NCBI GenBank assembly: GCA_001823535.1
Contig: MHUT01000011.1
Span: forward strand, 9,864-73,863
Source: Candidatus Yonathbacteria bacterium RIFCSPHIGHO2_02_FULL_44_14
GTDB lineage: Bacteria; Patescibacteriota; Minisyncoccia; Phycocordibacterales; UBA1550
DNA: 64,000 nt
Direction of reading: 5' to 3'
Shown here: positions 47,257 through 56,994 of the stretch, piece by piece
How positions within the stretch are numbered: the first letter of the stretch is position 1
Layout: every line of letters begins with the position of its first letter
Position numbers and translations under genes: made by a program
Notes under the pieces: generated by a model
The model's database searches: none
Told to the model about the DNA's origin: nothing
Seen by the model: only the letters and a program-made list of their open reading frames with translations

Positions 47257-48972
47257 CTACTCGTTCACTACACGGAGGATTTCTTCGATTGTGGTAACGC
47301 CACGCTCGACCTTATCCAAGCCATCCTGGAACATCGTGGTCATGCCGTCTTCGATGGCTTTTTTGCGAACTTCGCCTACTGTTGCCTCGCGCAGAATGAG
47401 CTCGCGAATAGCGTCTGTAATACGGAAAAATTCATAAATGCCAATTTGTCCTTGAAACCCAGAGTTACCACAGACTCTGCACCCACGACCGCGATAGAGA
47501 GTGCTGGAGATAGCGCCCGTTGTGTGCCCCGAGAGCTCCATTTGTGCCTTAATGAGGCGTATAATTTCGGGGCTGGCGGGATATGATTCGGTGCATGAGG
47601 CACATATACGGCGCACAAGGCGTTGTGCAATAACAAGATTCACTGTCGAAGAAAGAAGGAACGCCGGCGCACCCATGTCTAGGAGGCGCGGGAGTGCCGA
47701 GGGAGCATCGTTTGTATGAAGTGACGACAACACGAGATGACCCGTGAGTGCCGCGTGGATGGCAATCTCGACGGTTTCGTTATCGCGGATTTCACCAATC
47801 ATGATAATGTCAGGATTTTGGCGGAGAAGTGCGCGGAGGCCGTTTGCAAAAGTGACCCCTGATTTTATATTCACCTGCGTTTGATTTACGCGCGGAAATT
47901 CATACTCAACGGGATCTTCGATCGTAGTAATGTTGACTGATGGCGTGTTGAGAATTTGAAGTATCGCGTAGAGTGTCGTTGTTTTACCGTGTCCAGTAGG
48001 TCCAGTCACCAGTATCATGCCGTGTGGCTTTTTTATCTCATTAAAAAGAATTGAAACGCCTTCATCAGAAACCCCTAGATCCTTAAGCGTAAGCGGACGC
48101 GCAGCGCCTTTTAGGATACGCATTTCAACCTTCTCTCCACTGAACACCGGCATAATATTCACGCGCACATCAATAGCCCCGCCATCCTCCATGTCAAAAT
48201 GGAAACGGCCGTCTTGGGGCACACGATGCTCGTCAATCTGCATGCCAGCGAGAATTTTTACACGCGCGACGAGGATGGGGTCGATTGCTTTGGGTAGGCT
48301 TACAATCTCTTGCATAATACCGTCAATGCGAAAGCGCACAAGAAGCTCTTTTTCAAGAGGTTCAAAGTGTATATCAGAAGCATTCAGGCTCGCTGCGTGA
48401 TCGATAACGTTATCAAGGATGGTGACAATAGGAACCGCTGTGGCGCTTTTTGCAACGTCTGCTTCACCAGTAATTGCGAGTGATTGTTCAACATTTTCTG
48501 AAATTATCTGATCGAAATTAATGCCAACCTTTTTTTTGTATTGTTTAAGTCCATAACGAAGACTTGGGAGTGTAGTCAGATAAACATCTACCCACATATC
48601 AAGTTTCGCGCGTACATACTCAATGGTGTCGTAGTCAAATGGGTCAAGCATTGCGAGCTTTGCGCGGCCTTGCTCTTTGTCGTATGCAAACAAAACTATG
48701 TTCTTTGATTTTGCGTAAACTTCAGGAATGAGCTCGAGCACATCGGGGCTGATAGCCTCTGCTTCTTTTTTGAGATTTACTATTGGAGCGCCGTAATAAG
48801 GACTGAGAAGCTCAGTAAAATAATCTTCAGGGATCTTCCCCCTGCCAATGAGGACATTTGAGATAGATTGCCCCGAGCGACGGGCCTCTTCTGCGGCAAT
48901 AACAAAATCTTCATCGCTCACCAGTCCCGAGTCGAGTACAATCTCTTTCAATTTCTCTTTTGTGATGTGCAT
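47257..48972 (-). CDS. pilB: type IV pilus assembly ATPase PilB/GspE
   Basis: Walker A GPTGHGKTTTLYA, GspE N-terminal domain, Asp/His boxes, C-terminal tetracysteine (CASC...CRVC). Confidence 0.9.
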   Translation of the reverse strand: MHITKEKLKEIVLDSGLVSDEDFVIAAEEARRSGQSISNVLIGRGKIPEDYFTELLSPYYGAPIVNLKKEAEAISPDVLELIPEVYAKSKNIVLFAYDKEQGRAKLAMLDPFDYDTIEYVRAKLDMWVDVYLTTLPSLRYGLKQYKKKVGINFDQIISENVEQSLAITGEADVAKSATAVPIVTILDNVIDHAASLNASDIHFEPLEKELLVRFRIDGIMQEIVSLPKAIDPILVARVKILAGMQIDEHRVPQDGRFHFDMEDGGAIDVRVNIMPVFSGEKVEMRILKGAARPLTLKDLGVSDEGVSILFNEIKKPHGMILVTGPTGHGKTTTLYAILQILNTPSVNITTIEDPVEYEFPRVNQTQVNIKSGVTFANGLRALLRQNPDIIMIGEIRDNETVEIAIHAALTGHLVLSSLHTNDAPSALPRLLDMGAPAFLLSSTVNLVIAQRLVRRICASCTESYPASPEIIRLIKAQMELSGHTTGAISSTLYRGRGCRVCGNSGFQGQIGIYEFFRITDAIRELILREATVGEVRKKAIEDGMTTMFQDGLDKVERGVTTIEEILRVVNE

Positions 48973-49056
48973 TATTTTATTAGTATACCACGCAGTTAGA
49001 AAAAAATAACACCAACTGTGTACTAACTCAGTTGAAGCCAGGCTTCAACAATGGTA

Positions 49057-49719
49057 CTAAAGCTTAAGAAGTAGATATAGATTGAGGGAAGTAAGGATTG
49101 GAATCGCAAAAAATAATGCAAACGGTGCCGCGATGAGAAATGACGCGGGCAGACTGACGTTGTTGAAGCCTGGCTTCAACAACGTCAGCAGGGCGAAGAA
49201 AACTGCAAGAGCAAAACTTAGTGGAACGAGAACCATTGCCCCTGGCCAGCCCGCAATTAAAAAAGCCAGGGCGATTATAGCAATGCCCCCCTCCTGAAAA
49301 AGTGCGGGACGATACTGTGCGTACAGCTTAAAAAACAAAACAAATAATCCCGTAATGAAAAATAGCGCGACGGTGCTCATAAAAAAATGCTGAAACGAAT
49401 AGAAAGCGAAGTATCCATGAGTACCACTGAATGCAGGTCGCATCCACTCGAGTAATGACGGAAATGGAACCTCAAGGGGAAGGGTAGACGAAAGAAATAT
49501 TTTTGTAAATTCACTTTTTCCCCAGACAACATACTGCCCCCATGTGGCAAAAATACCATACAAAAGGTGCAGTGAGACTGCGCCTAGCACGAGCCATTTA
49601 TAAGGAATACTTTTTAGCAAAAGTGGGCGAATAAAACGCACAACAACAAACATAAAAAAGATACCCCAAACAGTGAGGGCAATCGCATTAAAATTAGCTA
49701 ATAGAAAATTGAGGGACAT
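49057..49719 (-). CDS. polytopic membrane protein of unknown function in pilus operon (not PilD by motifs); carries an embedded 35-nt palindrome
   Basis: ~6 hydrophobic segments; lacks A24 prepilin-peptidase motifs. Confidence 0.45.
   Translation of the reverse strand: MSLNFLLANFNAIALTVWGIFFMFVVVRFIRPLLLKSIPYKWLVLGAVSLHLLYGIFATWGQYVVWGKSEFTKIFLSSTLPLEVPFPSLLEWMRPAFSGTHGYFAFYSFQHFFMSTVALFFITGLFVLFFKLYAQYRPALFQEGGIAIIALAFLIAGWPGAMVLVPLSFALAVFFALLTLLKPGFNNVSLPASFLIAAPFALFFAIPILTSLNLYLLLKL
49154..49188. repeat. perfect 17-bp-arm palindrome embedded in frame in the membrane-protein ORF
   Basis: ctgacgttgttgaagcc-t-ggcttcaacaacgtcag; a 9-bp-arm version gttgaagcc-a-ggcttcaac sits at 49031-49049 just 3' of the gene. 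Confidence 0.8.
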
Positions 49720-49734
49720 AAGAGCTATCCTAAC

Positions 49735-49777
49735 AAAAAAACACCCAGCCTGTCTAGACAGGCTGGGTGTTTTTAAG
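49735..49777 (-). terminator. strong rho-independent terminator/attenuator after major pilin gene
   Basis: acacccagcctg-tcta-gacaggctgggtgt flanked by A-run and T-run. Confidence 0.7.
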
Positions 49778-49790
49778 AAACTAACCTAAA

Positions 49791-50543
49791 CTAGAATAAT
49801 GCACCCGTAAGTGGTAAAAGATTCAAACTGTTACCAGATTCATACTTATCAGTATTGTCGCCGCCATCATTTGCCATTTTAGCGTCATCAACAGTGTAAG
49901 CATTACTTTCAAGCACTGCGTTCATTTCAAAGACGTATGCTGGCTTTCCCGCTCCAACACCCGCAGTAGTACCATTTTGACATCCGTAACGATACACGAG
50001 ATCAGAAGCAGTTGCAGTAGTTCCTATAGTGTTTATTGGGTCTACAGGGAAACTCGAAATTGGAGTTCCTCCCGTCAATGCTTTAAGATTTACGGGGATC
50101 CAGCCAGTGCCATCAACCTTTCCTGCTGCTGCACCCGCAGGAGAACCTGACGTGCTAACCCATGGTGTAAACGCAGAATCCGAACCTGCGGTGAGTGTCC
50201 CACCGAGTGTTGGGGTCACGTTGGCACTGTATTTGATTTTAGGAGCCGCGTTTGACGAGGTAACCCCTGCTGCAGTTGTCGATGTTGTACAAATTGCTCC
50301 AAAATTGTCGAGACTTGGTGTAGAAGATGCGGTAAGCATAATACCAAGCGCAGTCTTAACAGACTTCAAGTCCGAGATACGTTGCGCATCGCGCGCTTTC
50401 TTGAGAGTCTCTGCTGGGTTCAACATGAACACGAGAGCAATAGAAAGGATGGCAATGATTGCGATTACAATCAGGAGCTCAAGGAGAGTGAAGCCGCCCT
50501 CGCGCTTCACATCCATTTTTTTCAAATTAGTAAGTGAGATCAT
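49791..50543 (-). CDS. type IV major pilin (paralog 1)
   Basis: REGGFTLLELLIVIAIIAILS prepilin cleavage/methylation site. Confidence 0.85.
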   Translation of the reverse strand: MISLTNLKKMDVKREGGFTLLELLIVIAIIAILSIALVFMLNPAETLKKARDAQRISDLKSVKTALGIMLTASSTPSLDNFGAICTTSTTAAGVTSSNAAPKIKYSANVTPTLGGTLTAGSDSAFTPWVSTSGSPAGAAAGKVDGTGWIPVNLKALTGGTPISSFPVDPINTIGTTATASDLVYRYGCQNGTTAGVGAGKPAYVFEMNAVLESNAYTVDDAKMANDGGDNTDKYESGNSLNLLPLTGALF

Positions 50544-50570
50544 AGTGATAAAGTTATTTAATAATTACTA

Positions 50571-51287
50571 TTAGAAGTCTGTTCCTGCATCAAGAATCTT
50601 GAGGTTTGTACCTACTTCATAGAAGCTTGCATTGTTACCGCCATCAGAAGCACGTTTGTCGTCTGCTCCTGTTGTGTAAGCGGAACTCTCAAGTATAGCA
50701 TTCATCTCAAACGTAAGAGGGGTCGCTGAACATGCGTAACGGTAGAAGTAGCTTGCTGGTGAAATACCAGTAGCATAACCGTCAGTAGTACCTCCATTTC
50801 CGTTCAATGTATTTATAGGATCAACAGGAATATTCGAGATTGGTGAACCGCCAATCAAAGAATCAAAGTTTACAGGGATCCAGCCTGTTCCATCTGTAAG
50901 AGATAGGTTTGCTGCCCCTACACTCACCGCTGCAGCAGCGTATGCAGATGCACCCATGAGACCGGTATGAGTAATTGAAGTTGGTGAAGAATAATAAATC
51001 TTAGTTGGTGTAACTGGGGCAGTTAAACCAGGTGTGAGGAAACAAGGCAAGTTGTTTGTAAGACCCAAATAAGGTGTCGATGTACTCGTCAAATAAAGCC
51101 CGAGTGCTGTCTTCATTGTGCTCAGATCTGAAATACGCTGAGCATCGCGCGATTTACGAAGTGCTTCTGCAGGGTTCAAAACAAGAACAAGTGCGACTGA
51201 TAAAATTGCGATAATCGATATAACAATCAGGAGCTCTAGGAGAGTAAAACCTCCATCGCGTTCCTTTTTAAAATTCATTGAAGTCAT
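50571..51287 (-). CDS. type IV major pilin (paralog 2)
   Basis: RDGGFTLLELLIVISIIAILS; similar to the 49791 gene through the first ~70 aa. Confidence 0.85.
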   Translation of the reverse strand: MTSMNFKKERDGGFTLLELLIVISIIAILSVALVLVLNPAEALRKSRDAQRISDLSTMKTALGLYLTSTSTPYLGLTNNLPCFLTPGLTAPVTPTKIYYSSPTSITHTGLMGASAYAAAAVSVGAANLSLTDGTGWIPVNFDSLIGGSPISNIPVDPINTLNGNGGTTDGYATGISPASYFYRYACSATPLTFEMNAILESSAYTTGADDKRASDGGNNASFYEVGTNLKILDAGTDF

Positions 51288-51406
51288 GTTTATAAAATTA
51301 ATTGTAATTAACTTTTTTATTATACCAGATACTATTTAAATAACACAATGGGCTGTGGATAACTCCTCGGGAAGGAAGGCTCTCATGAACCTCGACATTT
51401 AATTCA

Positions 51407-51450
51407 CAAAAAGCTACCCTTGTAGGATTACCTGCAAGGGTAGCTTTTTG
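51407..51450. terminator. bidirectional terminator separating sensor operon from pilin operon
   Basis: aaaaagctacccttg-...-caagggtagcttttt. Confidence 0.65.
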
Positions 51451-51459
51451 ACACGCGGA

Positions 51460-51840
51460 TTATATCTCCAAATACCCTTTCACCTTATCTATTACCTCCT
51501 GAATTGGATAGTCCACCTTTACCAAATATTCATTCGCTCCAAGTGCAAGTGTACGGTCTTGGTCGCTCTTTTGGCCAAGGTTCGAGAGAATAATAACGGG
51601 AATATTTACAAGCTCGGGATTTTTTTTAATTTCCTCAAGGACCATGAAACCATCCTTTTTGGGAATCATCAGGTCAAGGATAATCAGGTCAGGCTTTTCA
51701 GCGGTAATTTTCACAACTGCCTCTTCGCCGTCGCGTGCAAGCGAAGTCGCAAGACCCTCCTTTGCAAGTTTGATTTCATATACCTTTGAGATATGCTCAT
51801 CGTCTTCGACAATCATCACTTTTTTCTTGTTTTCATTCAT
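51460..51840 (-). CDS. single-domain response regulator (CheY/PilH-like)
   Basis: MIVEDDEH...LIILDLMIPKKDGF...; paralog of the 20450 gene. Confidence 0.85.
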   Translation of the reverse strand: MNENKKKVMIVEDDEHISKVYEIKLAKEGLATSLARDGEEAVVKITAEKPDLIILDLMIPKKDGFMVLEEIKKNPELVNIPVIILSNLGQKSDQDRTLALGANEYLVKVDYPIQEVIDKVKGYLEI

Positions 51841-51846
51841 AGGAGA

Positions 51847-52233
51847 TTATGCGTAGCTTGATACTTTTTTTACAAGTGCATTAATATCGTAGTCACTTTT
51901 TACCAAATAGTCAACTATTCCCAGCTCGCGCGCGATATCTTTTGACTCTTCGCGTCCTGACACAGAACAAATAACGACTTTCATGTCTTTATATTCAGGA
52001 TTCTTACGAATCTCTGCAAGAAAATCGATTCCATTCATTCCCGGGAGCAACAAGTCGAGCCAGATAATGTCTATAGCAGAGTGTTCTGACTTAAGCACTT
52101 CAAAAGCATCCTCAGCGCGCATTACTGATATGACATGATGACCATTTTGCTCGAGCTTAAGGACAATTGCTCTATTGAGTGCCACATCATCTTCTATAAG
52201 AAGAATTGTTTTTGATATTGTATTTTCTTCCAT
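51847..52233 (-). CDS. single-domain response regulator (CheY/PilG-like)
   Basis: LLIEDDVAL...IIWLDLLLPGMNGIDF... Confidence 0.85.
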   Translation of the reverse strand: MEENTISKTILLIEDDVALNRAIVLKLEQNGHHVISVMRAEDAFEVLKSEHSAIDIIWLDLLLPGMNGIDFLAEIRKNPEYKDMKVVICSVSGREESKDIARELGIVDYLVKSDYDINALVKKVSSYA

Positions 52234-52238
52234 ATATA

Positions 52239-52640
52239 TTAGATAGATTTTTCGTACGCAGGAAAGATTGTTACTTCTTCGATAGTGATTCTGTCTTTTA
52301 TCTTGTCACGAATATTCTCGTAATCCACCACAATATCCGATGGTACGTCTCTGCTCTCTATAGATAATATCTTACCCGCAACGAGAGCGAAATTTTCTGC
52401 GTATGCTTCCATGGTGAGATGAAATATATTTGCCATGCGACGTACTTCCTCGTCTGATGATTTTATAAGTGCCGGATAAAGCTCTGTATCTTCTTTCCTT
52501 AAATGTGGCTCTAGTACCGCTTGTAATTTCTGAATAAGATTTTTTTTATTTTCTAGGTCGTTTGTCGCATCCATCGAATCGAAAATATCGCGGATTACCT
52601 GATGTTCTCCCTCGAGGGTTTTAATGAAGTCTGTGCTCAT
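52239..52640 (-). CDS. hemerythrin-like HHE cation-binding domain protein
   Basis: LEGEHQVIRDIF...LEPHLRKEDTELYPAL...TIEEVTIFPAY pattern of His/Glu ligands. Confidence 0.45.
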   Translation of the reverse strand: MSTDFIKTLEGEHQVIRDIFDSMDATNDLENKKNLIQKLQAVLEPHLRKEDTELYPALIKSSDEEVRRMANIFHLTMEAYAENFALVAGKILSIESRDVPSDIVVDYENIRDKIKDRITIEEVTIFPAYEKSI

Positions 52641-52773
52641 AATGATTTAATTATTTTTTAAATTATACTTACAACTGCAATTTTTATCTCAAGAGCATTA
52701 TATGATTATGCAAGCGTCTTTGCAACTTTCTTTTACCGTTGGTAGCAATTACGTACATGCTCCAAAAACGAAA

Positions 52774-55200
52774 TTAAAGCGGTACGGTAAAGAAAAATGT
52801 CGTCCCCTGCCCTTCAGTGCCCTCAAACCAAACCTTACCGCCCCATGACTCAACCAAATCCTTTACCAGTGCGAGACCGAGACCAGAACCGTCCGGCGCC
52901 CACGCGCGAGCATTTTCCGCACGAAAGAATTTCGAGAAGATACGCGGGCGCTGATTTTCGGGAATACCAATACCGTTGTCACGCACCATATAAACAACTT
53001 CTTTCTTTTCATTGTCCACACTCCATTTTATTTCAATAGTGCCATTCTCGTTTGAATAGCGAATCGCATTGGAAATAAGATTTAGTACCACCTGACGCAG
53101 TGTGAGCGAGTCCTGCGATACAACAACAGGGCCCATGTCTCCTGAAATTATGTTGAGCACGAGTTTCTTCTCGTCAATCTGCGGTGCAAGCTCTTTTGCA
53201 ATCTCCCCAGTAAATACATCGAGGTCTATTGGAGTCTTGATTGTTTTAATCTTCCCACTTTCAACGCGAGAGATGCCAAGCAAAAGATCTACTGTTTGAT
53301 AAAGGCGCTCGGCTCCACCGTGGACCTCGGTCAAAAAATCGCGTTGCGAAGCAGAAAGTTCGCCAGCATCTCCCGAGAGGAGCATCTCCGCATACCACCT
53401 TATAGTCGTGAGAGGAGTACGAAGCTGGTGTGATGCAACCGATATAAAACCCGACTTTGCGTCATCGAGTTCGCGATCCTTTGTCGCATCGCGGATCACA
53501 ACCACAGCCCCAGCCACCACACCATCCAAAGGTGCGACAGAAAAGACGATCGGAATCTTTTCTGTATGATTTTCTGTTGAAATAGAGAAGTCGTCATCCA
53601 GCGTCACCTCAATGGTTTTTTTGGTCAAAAATACTTCCTCGAAAGGCCACAGGGCAGGAGGTATTACTTCTTTTCTTTTTTTCCAGAAAGTAATAATGGT
53701 ACGCAGGTCTTTCCCATTGATCTCCTCCCGAGCCATACCAAACATTGTTGCCGCTACAGGGTTTATCAGCACAACGCGATAGGCACCATCGATAATGAGA
53801 AGTCCATCGCCAATTGATGAGAGAATCGTTTGCAATCGGTTTTTTTCTACCTCAAGCCTCTCTTTCGCTTGCCAAGCATCCTCGAGGAGGTTCACTTGAG
53901 CGCGACGCGACTGGTCTAGGAATTTTTCTTGTTGCTCATGCACTTTGACATCGCGCTCAAGCAGAGATGCTTCCTTTTTAATTTTCTCGTTCGCTACATT
54001 AAGTTTCTCCTGAGATGCTTGCACTGTTTCGATCATGATATTAAACGCCCGCGCGAGGTCCGCGGTTTCATCTTTTCCTGAAACTGGCGTGCGTATAGTG
54101 AGATCTCCTTTTATTGCGCAATTAAGTGCGGTAACAACCTCACTGATACGTGCCAATGGTCGACGCACAAAAAAGAAGATAATAAAGATACCCAAAACAA
54201 ATACTGCCACCGACGCCACCGCCGTACCCCGCGCAAGTGCCGTCATGGTAGAGAAGATCTCATCCTTTTGAACTTCTACGATAATAACGTCTCTTTCTTT
54301 CTGAAAACACATAGACGAGCCGATAACACGAACTCCTTGATAGTTGTCATACTCCCCATGAATTTCTCTCCCGTTATTCAAACACTCGCGCACGGGGAAC
54401 GTATCGACTTTTTGTCTCTGCGTTATATCCTGCACATAACGGGAGGGGGTAACCATGGTGCGTTCACTGTTTACCAGATAAACATCGGAAGTCTCGTAGC
54501 TTTTTAAAAACAGACCTGTCGTTAGTCTTACTGTTTCATTGTTGCTCGAAGCACCAAGGGCTTCGGCAGCCTGCGACAAGTTGGCAAAATGGATCAGGAG
54601 TATCGCGTCAAGGGGCACAAATTCTCCAGTTTTGTCTTCAGAAAATAACAACACACTCGAATGAATAAAAGGGACAGGACTCTCTCTATCCTCTATCACG
54701 ACACCGGACACGAACGCTTCGCCAAATTTCGAATTGGTCACTTCATCAAAATTGTGTGTTTTATTCCCGATTGATGTTTTTTCTATATTCTCATCCCTTC
54801 CTATGCGTTCAGGTTTTGTGGATGCAAAGATGATGCCATTACGATTAATGAGATCAACCAAGAAAATTGTTTTATCATACGGCATCTTTTTTTCGTTCAA
54901 ATAAACGCTGAATTCTTTTGCGAGCCGCGTTCGGTCAGGAGATCCCTCTGAAGCGGCAAGTATTGCTTTTGCGATACTCTGAATTTTTATATCAGACGAC
55001 CAGTCAAGAGTACGTGTCTTGATAACCTCCCTAAAGACAAGGTAGGTGCTTTCAGTTTGTTCAGCAATGATGCGGAAGTTATCGGTTGTTTGTTTTTTGA
55101 AAACTCCTCCGATGACGTATTGCGTGTAGAGAAAAATACCGAGCGTGATTACAAAGAGAAATAATCCAAAAAAGATTGCGGCTTGGGTACGTAACTTCAT
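52774..55200 (-). CDS. sensor histidine kinase, paralog of the 18041-20425 gene
   Basis: N-terminal 150 aa ~65% identical to the other kinase (MKLRT..FKKQ..EGSPDRTRLAKEF..YLNEKKMP..DKTIFL); H-box VASHQLRTPLTTIRWY; HATPase_c GSGLGLALVKDLVESWGG. Confidence 0.85.
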   Translation of the reverse strand: MKLRTQAAIFFGLFLFVITLGIFLYTQYVIGGVFKKQTTDNFRIIAEQTESTYLVFREVIKTRTLDWSSDIKIQSIAKAILAASEGSPDRTRLAKEFSVYLNEKKMPYDKTIFLVDLINRNGIIFASTKPERIGRDENIEKTSIGNKTHNFDEVTNSKFGEAFVSGVVIEDRESPVPFIHSSVLLFSEDKTGEFVPLDAILLIHFANLSQAAEALGASSNNETVRLTTGLFLKSYETSDVYLVNSERTMVTPSRYVQDITQRQKVDTFPVRECLNNGREIHGEYDNYQGVRVIGSSMCFQKERDVIIVEVQKDEIFSTMTALARGTAVASVAVFVLGIFIIFFFVRRPLARISEVVTALNCAIKGDLTIRTPVSGKDETADLARAFNIMIETVQASQEKLNVANEKIKKEASLLERDVKVHEQQEKFLDQSRRAQVNLLEDAWQAKERLEVEKNRLQTILSSIGDGLLIIDGAYRVVLINPVAATMFGMAREEINGKDLRTIITFWKKRKEVIPPALWPFEEVFLTKKTIEVTLDDDFSISTENHTEKIPIVFSVAPLDGVVAGAVVVIRDATKDRELDDAKSGFISVASHQLRTPLTTIRWYAEMLLSGDAGELSASQRDFLTEVHGGAERLYQTVDLLLGISRVESGKIKTIKTPIDLDVFTGEIAKELAPQIDEKKLVLNIISGDMGPVVVSQDSLTLRQVVLNLISNAIRYSNENGTIEIKWSVDNEKKEVVYMVRDNGIGIPENQRPRIFSKFFRAENARAWAPDGSGLGLALVKDLVESWGGKVWFEGTEGQGTTFFFTVPL

Positions 55201-55502
55201 AGTGTGTACTTTGTTTGCAAATAGTATAGCATGCAAATAAATATAAGACACCTGTGGGAAAACCACAGGTGTCTTATATTAGCTCCTCGGCTCGGAAATG
55301 AAAAAATATTTTTTCATTTCCCTCGCTCTACGTCGCTAATAACTTGGCGGGCCCATCCGCCTACTTTTGCATTATTGCGCGGTGTTTTTTAATATTTTTG
55401 CTTAAAATATTATGCATCAGCAAAAGAGATTGCCTTTTGTGTGGATATGCAACAAAAAACACTATGCAAAAAGTAGGTGTGGGGGTATACTACTTGGATA
55501 GA

Positions 55503-56966
55503 ATGAACATTTTAAATCTTCTTAAAAATGAAAATCGTGTCGCGGGAATCGAAATTAGTGATTCCGTAGTTCGTGTTGCATTTTTTCGTCTGCAAAAAAA
55601 GAAACGACTCACATCGAAAACAAGCACTGAGGAAGGTAAGCTTGTTCTCATTGAAGAGCCCATTGCCGCGAATATTATTCAGGATGGCATCATTGTTGAT
55701 GTCGACCTCCTTGGAAAAACACTCGGGAGCATTTGGAAGAAAGCAGCGCTTGATACCAATTATGCCATCATCGCTATCCCCGACGATAAAATTTACTCAA
55801 GAATTTTTTCGTTTCCAAAATCTGTCGCTGAAACGCGCCTTACCGAAGCAATGCGTCTCGCAATCGGTTATCAACTTCCCATGAAAACCGACGATGTGTA
55901 TCTCGACTGGGAGAGAACCACTGGCACTGCAGGCACCAATGAAATTCTTCTTTCCACCATCCCTCGCGCTGTTGCCGAGGGGTATGTTCAAGCGCTCGAA
56001 CAAGCGGGGATAAAAACACTTGCGCTCGAAAGCCATCTTGCAGCTATTGCACGGGCGATAAAACTTACACATGGGGAGATGACACTCTTTTCAAAAAAAA
56101 CACCCGACGGAACTACTATTTTTGCGCTCAAAGATAGAATTCTGCGATTTTCGCGCACTTTTCCTCTCCGTTTTGTTCCCGAAGAACAAATCCCAAATGA
56201 AATTAAAAAAATCAAATCGGCGCTCGCGACAGACACAAACGAGCATATTATGGAACAAGATCTCCTTGACGCGACAGTCTGCGATGAATATGCGGCCCGC
56301 GCTGAGATTACCGATCCAAAATCAAAGTGGCTCGTTGCTCTAGGTGCTGCTATCCGCAGCAAAATCCCCGAAGGCAGCGACAATCTCATAAGCCTCCTTC
56401 CTGTGGGGACAGAGGAGGCTTATTCGTACCAGCGCGCAACGACATTCATAGTCGTTATGAGAAATCTAATCATTAGTGTTTCTCTATTTTTTATTGTGGC
56501 ATATCTTGCGACATATCTTTTTATGTTCTCATTGTCGAAAAACACAACAGAGCGAATCACAACACTATCAGCATCCGCGGTTCCTCCCGAGCTTGCTGAA
56601 AAAGAAGGTCAGATTAGCGACATCAACTCCCTTACCGAAACAAGCGCGACATTTCTTGCACAAATGCCCGTGTGGAGCAATGTCCTTACCGAACTAGTCG
56701 CTCGCACTCCGGAAGGAATCACCATTTCTATGTTTTCCGGCCCTTTTTTCAATGAAAAATTTTCTCTTACGGGCGTAGCGACAAACCGCATGACTTTAAA
56801 TAATTACAAAAAAATCCTTCAAGACTCGCCGATGCTTTCCGAAGTTGAACTCCCTTTGACTAATCTCGAGCAGAAAGGGGAGGTTCCTTTCGCGATATCA
56901 TTTCGCCTGAAGGACCCCGGTGCGCTATACTATACTCAAGTGAACAAACAGGAGGAAAAGATATAA
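55503..56966 (+). CDS. PilM-like actin-fold pilus assembly protein fused to a PilN-like TM/periplasmic region
   Basis: VAGIEISDSVVRVAFF (PilM N-terminus), AIIAIPDDKIY...LTEAMRLAIGYQLP, then TM IISVSLFFIVAYLATYLFMF; start uncertain (alternatives 55344, 55464). Confidence 0.55.
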   Translation: MNILNLLKNENRVAGIEISDSVVRVAFFRLQKKKRLTSKTSTEEGKLVLIEEPIAANIIQDGIIVDVDLLGKTLGSIWKKAALDTNYAIIAIPDDKIYSRIFSFPKSVAETRLTEAMRLAIGYQLPMKTDDVYLDWERTTGTAGTNEILLSTIPRAVAEGYVQALEQAGIKTLALESHLAAIARAIKLTHGEMTLFSKKTPDGTTIFALKDRILRFSRTFPLRFVPEEQIPNEIKKIKSALATDTNEHIMEQDLLDATVCDEYAARAEITDPKSKWLVALGAAIRSKIPEGSDNLISLLPVGTEEAYSYQRATTFIVVMRNLIISVSLFFIVAYLATYLFMFSLSKNTTERITTLSASAVPPELAEKEGQISDINSLTETSATFLAQMPVWSNVLTELVARTPEGITISMFSGPFFNEKFSLTGVATNRMTLNNYKKILQDSPMLSEVELPLTNLEQKGEVPFAISFRLKDPGALYYTQVNKQEEKI

Positions 56967-56994
56967 TACTCTAGCAATCAAACACACTGACACC

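Noticed and set aside
49057-49719. Prepilin peptidase PilD (expected in a pilus operon; polytopic membrane protein of the right size)
   Set aside because: None of the A24 peptidase hallmarks (N-terminal Cys pairs, catalytic Asp motifs, GGGDVKL-like segment) are visible. Left as an unknown membrane protein.
55344-55502. Upstream extension of the pilM-like ORF (MAGPSAYFCIIARCFLIF...)
   Set aside because: Hydrophobic, Cys-rich and non-conserved. PilM-like similarity starts at MNILNLLKNENRVAGIEIS, so the start was moved to 55503 (uncertain).
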